53,493 bases of DNA from Nitrosomonadales bacterium (GTDB lineage Bacteria > Pseudomonadota > Gammaproteobacteria > Burkholderiales > Gallionellaceae), in assembly GCA_016218445.1 (NCBI GenBank), contig JACREC010000084.1, forward strand, positions 1-53,493. The letters run 5' to 3'. How positions within the stretch are numbered: position 1 is the stretch's first letter; each line of letters starts with the position of its first letter. The notes below the pieces were generated by a model. It did not search any database, had not been told where the DNA came from, and saw only the letters and a list, made by a program, of their open reading frames with translations. Position numbers and translations under genes: made by a program. This document shows positions 37,196 through 44,502 of this stretch, one piece after another.

Positions 37196-38782
37196 CTAGA
37201 ACTGGAAATACAGGAAGGCCGACTGCTTGTTCAGGTTGATGACGGCGATGAAACCCAGCAGCCAAACCAGCGCGGCGGCAGTTGCTGTTGGCCGCCATAA
37301 CAGGCGTTTCGCCCTGCGCGCATCGGGCATGTCGAGTGCGGGTTTATAGTCCGCCATGATCTGTTGCGTGTTGGGTGCGAGCCACACGATCAGCAGCAGA
37401 ATCCAGATCCAGTTGATCGCGCCGCCGCCGATCAAACCGTTGGTCGCGCCGAAGGCCACACCATGCGCGGATAGCCATAGTCCGAACGCGCCCCACTTGG
37501 GCAACCACGCGTCCGGTATCGCGAACCCGTTTCCTCCCCTCATTGCCTGCACAATGGCGAGCGCATGACCGAACGTATCCGCCCGGAAGAACACCCAAGC
37601 CACGGTGACGGCGAGGAAGGTGAGCAGCGCGGAAGCGAGATGAAGCGGTCTGGAAAGTGGCTGGTTCGGGTCTTGCCCCAGTTTGCGGCGCACAGCGTGC
37701 CAGCCGTTGTTGATGGCCAGATACAGCCCGTGCAGCCCGCCCCAGACGATGAAGGTCCAGCCCGCGCCGTGCCACAGGCCGCCCAGCAGCATGGTCGCCA
37801 TCAGGTTCAGGTAGCGCCGCCCCTTGCCCTTGCGGTTGCCGCCCAGCGGAATGTACAGGTAGTCACGCAGGAAACGCGACAGCGTCATGTGCCAACGCCG
37901 CCAGAACTCGATGATGTTCACCGCCTTGTAGGGCGAGTGGAAGTTGAGCGGCAGGATGACGCCGAACATGCGCGACAGCCCGATGGCCATGTCCGAATAG
38001 CCGGAGAAATCGAAGTACAGTTGCAGCGTGTAGCACAGCGCCCCGCCCCAGGCCTCGATGAAGGTGAGCTGCACCCCCGCTGCCGGCGCGTTGAATACCG
38101 GCCCGACGTAAGCGGCGATGCCATCGGCGATAATGATTTTCTTGAACAGGCCGATGAAGAAGATGGTCAGCCCCACCGCCATGTTCTCGTAATTGAAACG
38201 GTAGGTCGAAGCATGCGCGAACTGCGGCATCATTTCTTTGTGGTGCAGCACCGGCCCGGCGATGAGGTGCGGAAAATAGGTGACAAACAGCGTGTAGTGG
38301 ATGAAATTGTATTCCTTCACCTTGCCCTGGTAGGTATCCACCAGAAAGGCGATCTGGGTGAAGGTGAAGAACGAGATACCCAGCGGCAGGATGATCTCGC
38401 CCAAAGAAAGATGTGCGCCCGCCACGCTGCTGATGCTGCCCAGGAAGAAGTTGGCGTATTTGTAGTAGCCGAGCAGCAGCAGGTTGGCGCTGACCGCCAC
38501 GAACAGCAGGCGTTGCGGACTGAGTGCTGCGGACCGGGTGCTGAGCGCTGCTTTCTCAGCCCTGACCCTGGCCTTGGCGATCCACAGGCCGAAGCTGTAG
38601 TTGCACACCACCGAGCCCAGCAGCAGCCCGACGTAGGCCGGGTTCCACCAGCCATAGAAGAACAGCGAGGCGAAAGCCAGCCAGCCCGCGGCAAAGGCGT
38701 GGCTAAACCGGGCAAGCTGGAAGAAGCACAGCAGCACTACCGGCAGGTACAGGAAAATGAAGCCGTAGGAGTTGAACAGCAT
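37196..38782 (-). CDS. MBOAT-family membrane O-acyltransferase (AlgI/DltB/PatA-like)
   Basis: FWRRWHMTLSRFLRDYLYIPLGGNRKG...LGGLWHGAGW carries the MBOAT signature with the catalytic His. 528 aa, polytopic. Confidence 0.9.
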   Translation of the reverse strand: MLFNSYGFIFLYLPVVLLCFFQLARFSHAFAAGWLAFASLFFYGWWNPAYVGLLLGSVVCNYSFGLWIAKARVRAEKAALSTRSAALSPQRLLFVAVSANLLLLGYYKYANFFLGSISSVAGAHLSLGEIILPLGISFFTFTQIAFLVDTYQGKVKEYNFIHYTLFVTYFPHLIAGPVLHHKEMMPQFAHASTYRFNYENMAVGLTIFFIGLFKKIIIADGIAAYVGPVFNAPAAGVQLTFIEAWGGALCYTLQLYFDFSGYSDMAIGLSRMFGVILPLNFHSPYKAVNIIEFWRRWHMTLSRFLRDYLYIPLGGNRKGKGRRYLNLMATMLLGGLWHGAGWTFIVWGGLHGLYLAINNGWHAVRRKLGQDPNQPLSRPLHLASALLTFLAVTVAWVFFRADTFGHALAIVQAMRGGNGFAIPDAWLPKWGAFGLWLSAHGVAFGATNGLIGGGAINWIWILLLIVWLAPNTQQIMADYKPALDMPDARRAKRLLWRPTATAAALVWLLGFIAVINLNKQSAFLYFQF

Positions 38783-38829
38783 TTATTGAGCTTCACATAA
38801 TTGAAGACAGTATGCGAAACCTACCATCC

Positions 38830-39140
38830 CGTCATTCCGGCGAAGGCCGGAATCCAGCTTGTTATATAACTCCGCGTATAACCAGCCTGCGTGTGTTGTT
38901 GGGGCTTCAGCCCCTTACAACCACGGTGTACCTCTTGCGGGTGTACTTGGCTGGCGTCTTTTGGCAGCCTAGTCGAATGGCTATAACCAATGACTTGCCC
39001 AGCGTATTTTGCTGGGTTAGTCAGATGGCTAGTAGTTTTATCAGTAGTTCCACCAGCGGACAAAGCCGCATTTTGGGTGTTGCCCCACTGCGTGGGGATA
39101 TTGATAACTGTCTGGATTCCGGCCTTCGCCGGAATGACGG
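38830..39140. mobile_element. composite MITE-like element bounded by 29 bp hairpin TIRs (CGTCATTCCGGCGAAGGCCGGAATCCAG)
   Basis: The left end 38830-38858 and right end 39112-39140 are reverse complements of each other. Inside are the GTTGGGGCTTCAGCCCC hairpin module and two family-B units (reverse complement). The roughly 190 bp core matches the reverse complement of 42672-42875, with the differences I saw confined to one hairpin unit. Confidence 0.85.
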
Positions 39141-39158
39141 CTGCTGTAGATGTATCTG

Positions 39159-40313
39159 TCATGAATTACGTAAAGATCGGTAGCTGCAGATAAAGAAATC
39201 GTGTATCGCCGCGCTTACCCGTGCGATGTCTTCATCGCTCATTTCGTAGTGCAGCGGCAAGCGCAACAGGCGTTCGCTCAGGTTGTCCGTCACCGTCATG
39301 ATGCTGGCGGTGCGGCCATACTTGCGCCCGGCGGGAGAGGAATGCAGCGGCACGTAATGGAATACCGGATGGATGCCCTGTGCCTTGAGGTGCGCGATTA
39401 ATTTTGTGCGCGTGGCCAGGCTGTCGAGGATGACATAGAACATGTGCCCGTTGCTGTCGCCGTCAAAGGCGGGCAGGCGCAGCTTGCCCGCCTGTTGCAG
39501 CGGCGCCAGTTGCGCTGCATAGGCGGTGCAGATATGGCAGCGTTTTGCGGTGATCTGGTCGGCATGCTCCAGCTGCGCGTAGAGGAAAGCGCCGATCAAC
39601 TCGCTCGGCAGATAGGATGAGCCGATGTCCACCCAGGTATATTTATCCACCTCGCCGCGGAAGAACTGGCTGCGGTTGGTGCCTTTCTCGCGCACGATTT
39701 CCGCACGCTCGGCAAAGCGTTCGTCATTCACCAGCAGCGCGCCGCCCTCGCCGCTGATGATGTTCTTGGTTTCGTGAAAGCTCAGGCAACCGAAGTGCCC
39801 GATGCTGCCCAGCGCCCGGCCCTTGTAGGTGGAAAGCAGCGCCTGTGCGGCATCCTCCACCACCAGCAGCTGGTGCCGCTGCGCGATGGCCATGATGCGG
39901 TCCATTTCGCACGGCACTCCCGCATAATGCACCGGAACGATGGCGCGGGTCCTGGGGGTGATTGCCGCTTCAATCAATGTTTCGTCCATATTCAGGTTAT
40001 CGGAGTGGATGTCCACGAACACCGGCACGGCCCCACGCAATACAAAGGCATTGGCGGTGGACACGAAAGTATAGGAAGGCAGGATGACCTCGTCGCCGGG
40101 CCGGATGTCGCACAGGATGGCGGCCATTTCCAGCGCGGCGGTGCAGGAGTGGGTGAGCAGCGCGCGGCGAACCCCCAGTTTTTCCTCAAACCAGCGGTGG
40201 CATGATTTGGTGTAGCCCCCGTCGCCGGAAAGGTGGCCCTGCGCCACGGCATCGGCGATGTAGGACAATTCGCGGCCAATAATGAACGGTTTGTTGAATG
40301 GAATGGGTTTCAT
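39159..40313 (-). CDS. wecE: dTDP-4-amino-4,6-dideoxygalactose transaminase (DegT/DnrJ/EryC1 family, WecE-like)
   Basis: MKPIPFNKPFIIGRELSYIADAV...GHLSGDGGYTKSCHRWFEEKLG...ALLTHSCTAALEMAA...LPSYTFVSTANAF...FHETKN (PLP-Lys). The N-terminus is very WecE-like. The last residues run toward the MITE. Confidence 0.88.
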   Translation of the reverse strand: MKPIPFNKPFIIGRELSYIADAVAQGHLSGDGGYTKSCHRWFEEKLGVRRALLTHSCTAALEMAAILCDIRPGDEVILPSYTFVSTANAFVLRGAVPVFVDIHSDNLNMDETLIEAAITPRTRAIVPVHYAGVPCEMDRIMAIAQRHQLLVVEDAAQALLSTYKGRALGSIGHFGCLSFHETKNIISGEGGALLVNDERFAERAEIVREKGTNRSQFFRGEVDKYTWVDIGSSYLPSELIGAFLYAQLEHADQITAKRCHICTAYAAQLAPLQQAGKLRLPAFDGDSNGHMFYVILDSLATRTKLIAHLKAQGIHPVFHYVPLHSSPAGRKYGRTASIMTVTDNLSERLLRLPLHYEMSDEDIARVSAAIHDFFICSYRSLRNS

Positions 40314-40368
40314 TTTCTTGTAGCAAAAATCTGTTACGCTTTAGCGCTATTCTAACAGGTGTTCAAAC

Positions 40369-41190
40369 ATGGCAACCTACGCCGTAGGCGACATACAAGG
40401 ATGCTGCACCGAATTCCGGCAACTGCTGGAACGAATACGCTTCGACCCGGCAGCGGACAAGCTGTGGCTGGTGGGCGACCTGGTCAACCGCGGTCCGGAA
40501 TCACTGGATGTGCTGCGGCTGGTGAAATCGCTGGGCGACAGCGCGATTACCGTACTCGGCAACCACGACCTGCACCTACTCGCGGTGGCCGAGGGTGTGG
40601 CCGAACTGCACCGCAGCGACACGCTGGACGAGGTTCTGTCCGCTCCGGACCGCGATGAACTGCTGGATTGGCTGCGCAGCCAGCGCCTGCTGCATGCCGA
40701 AGGCGATTATGTGCTGGTGCACGCCGGCTTGTTGCCAAGCTGGACGGTGGCACAGGCGCAACAGCTTGCGCATGAGGTCGAGGCTGTATTGCGGGGCGAG
40801 CACTATCACGATTTTTTCGTGCGCATGTACGGCAACAACCCCAACCAGTGGCAGGACGACCTCACCGGACACAAGCGTCTGCGCGTCATCACCAATGCCC
40901 TCACGCGCATGCGCATCTGCACCCCGCAGGGCGAGATGGAATTCAAGTTCAAGGGCGTGGAAAAAGACATCCCGCAAGGCTACTGGGCCTGGTTCAATGT
41001 GCCGGGCCGCGCCAGTGCCGAAGCCACCGTCATCTTCGGCCACTGGTCTGCATTGGGCTTGAAATTGGATCGCCGCGTCATCGCGCTGGATACCGGCTGC
41101 CTGTGGGGCGGGCCGATGAGCGCCATCCGGCTCGAAGATCGCCAACTGTTCCAGGTGAGCTGCAAGAACCCGGTGGCGAAGAATTGGTGA
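40369..41190 (+). CDS. apaH: bis(5'-nucleosyl)-tetraphosphatase, symmetrical
   Basis: MATYAVGDIQGC, LVGDLVNRGPESL and GNHDLHLL metallophosphoesterase motifs. 273 aa. Confidence 0.92.
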   Translation: MATYAVGDIQGCCTEFRQLLERIRFDPAADKLWLVGDLVNRGPESLDVLRLVKSLGDSAITVLGNHDLHLLAVAEGVAELHRSDTLDEVLSAPDRDELLDWLRSQRLLHAEGDYVLVHAGLLPSWTVAQAQQLAHEVEAVLRGEHYHDFFVRMYGNNPNQWQDDLTGHKRLRVITNALTRMRICTPQGEMEFKFKGVEKDIPQGYWAWFNVPGRASAEATVIFGHWSALGLKLDRRVIALDTGCLWGGPMSAIRLEDRQLFQVSCKNPVAKNW

Positions 41191-41233
41191 TGTGTTCGTT
41201 TGACCAAACAGTCCAGCAAGTATAGATTCGAGT

Positions 41234-41461
41234 TTGAGTATTTTGCTTGAAGGGTATGCCGTGTCCAGAACAGTTCTCGATATCAAACGCCGTCGAAACA
41301 ATCTGAAGGTGTGCAACTCCATCAAAGGTGAGCACATCATCGTTTCCTCGGTGGAGCATGTGCCGCTGACGCTGGAGCAACGCCTAGCGGCCTACGATCC
41401 AGAGCGTCATGGCGGTGAGCAGATGAGTACGACGCAGAGGCTCGGGGCCGAGGGATGGTAA
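41234..41461 (+). CDS. MazE/PemI (AbrB-fold)-like antitoxin-type ORF, possibly degraded at its N-terminus
   Basis: 75 aa with a TTG start. LKVCNSIKGEHIIVSSVEHVPLTLEQRLAAYDPERHGGEQ...GAEGW resembles E. coli MazE DEVKIDLVDGKLIIEPV..FTLAELVNDITPENLHE...EVW (from memory). The N-terminal swapped-hairpin strand is not recognisable, and there is no MazF-like ORF downstream. Confidence 0.4.
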   Translation: MSILLEGYAVSRTVLDIKRRRNNLKVCNSIKGEHIIVSSVEHVPLTLEQRLAAYDPERHGGEQMSTTQRLGAEGW

Positions 41462-41566
41462 TTCCCGTTATAGTTTTCGCAACAAGAAGAAAAGTCGCGC
41501 CGGAATCTTTGGCGTTTTTGTCGTCTACTTTACGTACCACCTCACAACACTTTCATCTATGACCGC

Positions 41567-42433
41567 ATGAAATCAATTCTCTTCTGGCTTGGCATTGCAA
41601 TCGTTGCAATCATTGCAGCTATCGCAGCGTCTTCAGCAGCTTGGGTGTTTTGGGACGCATGGAAGGCTACTGATATTGAAGCTTTCCGCGCTCTTCTAGG
41701 AGCTTTCGCTGGTGCGTTTTTCGCGTACTTATTTGTTCGCTTTGGCGATGCAATGAAGAAGGTGTATGACCGAAAGGAAAAAAACCATACATCCCTAGTC
41801 CGTCTTCAGCACTATTTCAACGATTGTCTGAATACCACAAGTGACAATCTCTACATAGCAAACGATTGCATCGGTGTGTTCACCGAAGCGCGATTGATAT
41901 CCGGCAATCGTCCAATCTACATGAATGTCTTCCACCAATACCAGCTCGATACGGAGCTAATGATTGGCCTGACGAATCTCGATTTCATTAACGAGATAGC
42001 TTCGTTGAATACAAGTCTTAAGAAAATGAATGAGTCTTTGGCAACCATAAATCGGGCGTACGGTCAGATTCGCGATGCCTTTATCTCAAAGACCATTTCC
42101 GGAAGTGACTACTTGGAAAACGCACGGCTAACGCGCGATAGATGTGCCCAAGTTATACCGTTCCTGAATCAAGCAAATGAGGATATTGTTCGCCTATTTG
42201 CGATCACCAACCTTCTTATGAAGAACCCGCCGTTTCTTGTCTGGGTAACGCAGGCTCTGGTTCGTACCAAGTACCCAAAGGAATTCGAGATGCTACTTGA
42301 GCGTGAGACTGTTGCGGTCAAGGCAGGCATGGAGGCCATTACTAAGGCAAGCGAACAACGTATTCGCCAGGCAGAAGCCGGTGCGGCCCAGCCCCGCCCT
42401 GCGACAGATGCGCCGCCAGCGGCGCGCCACTGA
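41567..42433 (+). CDS. hypothetical protein with two N-terminal TM helices and a helical soluble domain (orphan, AT-rich gene)
   Basis: 288 aa. The TM helices are ILFWLGIAIVAIIAAIAASSAAWVFW and ALLGAFAGAFFAYLFVRFG. I recognise no family motifs. A hand count of 41761-41860 gives 41% GC, against 63% for 40401-40500 in apaH. No obvious Shine-Dalgarno. Confidence 0.55.
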   Translation: MKSILFWLGIAIVAIIAAIAASSAAWVFWDAWKATDIEAFRALLGAFAGAFFAYLFVRFGDAMKKVYDRKEKNHTSLVRLQHYFNDCLNTTSDNLYIANDCIGVFTEARLISGNRPIYMNVFHQYQLDTELMIGLTNLDFINEIASLNTSLKKMNESLATINRAYGQIRDAFISKTISGSDYLENARLTRDRCAQVIPFLNQANEDIVRLFAITNLLMKNPPFLVWVTQALVRTKYPKEFEMLLERETVAVKAGMEAITKASEQRIRQAEAGAAQPRPATDAPPAARH

Positions 42434-42609
42434 GCAACGTTATCAGCCTACTTCTACCAGTAACTTCTGCATCATCTGCTCCGCCTGCCTTGCGTAGCCG
42501 CCGACGGGAGTGGCGTCGCGCACCTCGAACGGGCGCTGCGTCGTAGCGTGGATGGCCGTGCAGAGGTGTGCGAGGAATTCTTTGTTCATGGAGCGTGATC
42601 GAAGAGTTT

Positions 42610-42882
42610 CGTCATTCCCGCGCAGGCGGGAATCCAGCCGGTCAAAGATTCTGCGCAGCAGACAAAACAAAAACAATGTTGTCCCGCTGGTGAAACTACT
42701 GATAAAACTACTAGCCATCTGACTAACCCAGCAAAATACGCTGGGCAAGTCATTGGTTATAGCCATTCGACTAAGCTGGCAAACAACGCCAGCAAAGTAC
42801 ACCCGCAAGAGGTACACCGTGGTTGTAAGGGGCTGAAGCCCCAACAACACACGCAGGCTGGTTATGCGCGGGAATGACAGCA
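42610..42882. mobile_element. composite MITE-like element, inverted relative to 38830-39140
   Basis: Hairpin end CGTCATTCCCGCGCAGGCGGGAATCCAGC (42610-42638), two family-B units, the GGGGCTGAAGCCCC hairpin, and a truncated opposite end gcgcgggaatgac (42867-42879). Confidence 0.85.
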
Positions 42883-42886
42883 ACCG

Positions 42887-43825
42887 TTACAAGCTTATGG
42901 CATAACCGAAGTGCTGCCGGAACTGCGCCTTCAATTCATCGCGGCTCGGGGCATGGTTCTGGCCGCCGCGGCTGGCGATCTTGAGCGTGCCGAGCAGCGA
43001 GGCCAGGCGCCCGGTGGTCTCCCAATCCCAGCCCTGCTGGATGCCGTGCAACAGGCCGGCGCGATACGCATCGCCGCATCCGGTGGGGTCGAGCAGCGCG
43101 GTGGGCTTGGCGCAGGGGATGATGATTTCCTTGCCGTCGGCGTAGATGGTCGAGCCTTCGCCGCCGCGGGTGATGATGAAAGCGCGCGGGGACTTGGCGA
43201 GCTCCGCAATCTTCCTGCCGGTCTTGTCCTGCAACAGTTGCGCCTCGTAGTCGTTCACCGTCACATAGTCGGCCTGCTCGACAAAGCGCAGCAACTCTTC
43301 GCCGTTGAACATCGGCATGCCCTGGCCCGGATCGAACACCCAGGGGATACCCGCTTCGTGGAATTCGCGCGCGTGCTGCAACATGCCTGCGCGGCCATCC
43401 GGCGAGACGATGCCGAGGCTGATGCCCTTTGCGTCGCCGACATGATTATGCTCGGAGAAACTCATCGCGCCGGGATGGAAAGCGGTGATCTGGTTATCGT
43501 CCAGATCGGTGGTGATGAACGCCTGTCCGGTGAAACTGTCCGGCACATAGCGGATATGCCGTTGCAGCAAACCAAGCTTTTCCAGACGCACGGCATAAGG
43601 GCCAAAATCGTCGCCCACCGTTGCCATGATCAGCGGCCGGGCTCCGAGCAGCATGAGGTTGTAAGCGATGTTGCCCGCACAACCGCCGAACTCGCGGCGC
43701 ATCTCCGGCACCAGAAACGCCACGTTCAGAATGTGAATTTTTTCGGGCAGGATGTGCTTTTTGAATTGATCCTGAAACACCATGATGGTGTCGTAGGCCA
43801 TCGAACCGCAAATCAGGGTGTGCAT
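42887..43825 (-). CDS. PfkB-family carbohydrate/nucleoside kinase (adenosine kinase-like)
   Basis: From Met47: MHTLICGSMAYDTIMVFQDQFKKHIL. C-terminal DPTGCGDAYRAGLLHG is PfkB signature 2. 312 aa. Confidence 0.85.
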   Translation of the reverse strand: MHTLICGSMAYDTIMVFQDQFKKHILPEKIHILNVAFLVPEMRREFGGCAGNIAYNLMLLGARPLIMATVGDDFGPYAVRLEKLGLLQRHIRYVPDSFTGQAFITTDLDDNQITAFHPGAMSFSEHNHVGDAKGISLGIVSPDGRAGMLQHAREFHEAGIPWVFDPGQGMPMFNGEELLRFVEQADYVTVNDYEAQLLQDKTGRKIAELAKSPRAFIITRGGEGSTIYADGKEIIIPCAKPTALLDPTGCGDAYRAGLLHGIQQGWDWETTGRLASLLGTLKIASRGGQNHAPSRDELKAQFRQHFGYAISL

Positions 43826-43890
43826 CGCAAAACCTCGGCTGGATTGAGAGGCGCGAATTGTATCATCCGGAATCCGGCAGTTCGTAGTTC

Positions 43891-44106
43891 GTAGGTTGGG
43901 TTCAGCAAAGTTACGCGATTCTCTACGCGGCAAGCCGCGTGAGAAATCGTCAGAGCGTAGCATAACCCAACAATAATGTGTGCAGGCTGTTGGGTTACGG
44001 CCAACCTTCCCTCATCCTAACCTTCCCCCAAAGGGGGAAGGGACGATCGCCTCCTCTCCCGCAGGCGGGAGAGGATTGAGGTGAGGGCTGGCCTAACCCA
44101 ACCTAC
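43891..44106. repeat. nested repeat cluster bounded by GTAGGTTGGGTT / AACCCAACCTAC inverted repeats
   Basis: gtaggttgggtt (43891-43902) is the reverse complement of aacccaacctac (44095-44106). Inside are the TAACCCAACA...TGTTGGGTTA palindrome (43963-43998), a CCTTCCCCC-aaa-GGGGGAAGG hairpin (44020-44040, within the 44005-44042 copy) and a family-A copy (44050-44088). Confidence 0.75.
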
Positions 44107-44124
44107 AAATGCAGTTCAACATTA

Positions 44125-44502
44125 TTAAAACGGAGTGGAGGTGACAACCAGCCCCCACACCACCACCGCATTCACGATGCTCAGCAATACCGCCGCGCTG
44201 GCGACGTCCTTGGCGCGTTTGGCGAGCGGGTGCTGTTCCAGCGAGGTATGATCTACCGCCGCTTCGAGTGCGGAGTTGAGCAGTTCGACGATCAGCACCA
44301 GCAGGATGCTGGCGATCATCAGGGCTTTGCCGAGAGGGCTGACAGGCAACAGCAGCGCGACGGGTATGGCAATCGCCGCGATCAGCACTTCCTGGCGAAA
44401 CGCATCTTCGTGTTGCCACGCGGCGCGCAGCCCCGCCAGTGCGGTCAGGGTTGCGTGCCAGACATGCGTCAGGCCGCGCGGGTGTTTGTTGCGGGTTTCC
44501 AT
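44125..44502 (-). CDS. dgkA: diacylglycerol kinase
   Basis: 125 aa. [17 protein letters not shown] and [13 protein letters not shown] match DgkA motifs. Three TM helices. It overlaps the gcvPB 3' end by 34 nt. Confidence 0.9.
   Translation of the reverse strand: METRNKHPRGLTHVWHATLTALAGLRAAWQHEDAFRQEVLIAAIAIPVALLLPVSPLGKALMIASILLVLIVELLNSALEAAVDHTSLEQHPLAKRAKDVASAAVLLSIVNAVVVWGLVVTSTPF

Noticed and set aside
38812-39183. ORFs 38812..39183 (+), 38821..39162 (-) and 38990..39193 (+), plus the upstream (42590..42883) portion of 42443..42883 (-) and 42510..42722 (+) at the right-hand element
   Set aside because: These reading frames run through the composite MITE-like elements. Peptides such as VIPAKAGIQ, LLGLQPLTT and MASSFISS are the standard conceptual translations of these repeats and recur in both orientations. 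Only the 42443..42589 tail, which lies outside the element, is discussed separately.
41458-41566. Search for a MazF/PemK toxin remnant downstream of the MazE-like ORF
   Set aside because: The frame starting at the overlapping ATG (MVIPVIVFATRRKVAPESLAFLSSTLRTTSQHFHL) has no MazF motifs, such as P-x-RGD or a GxE-x-x-GxRP-x-(I/L/V)-(I/L/V) block. It is too short to call a pseudogene.
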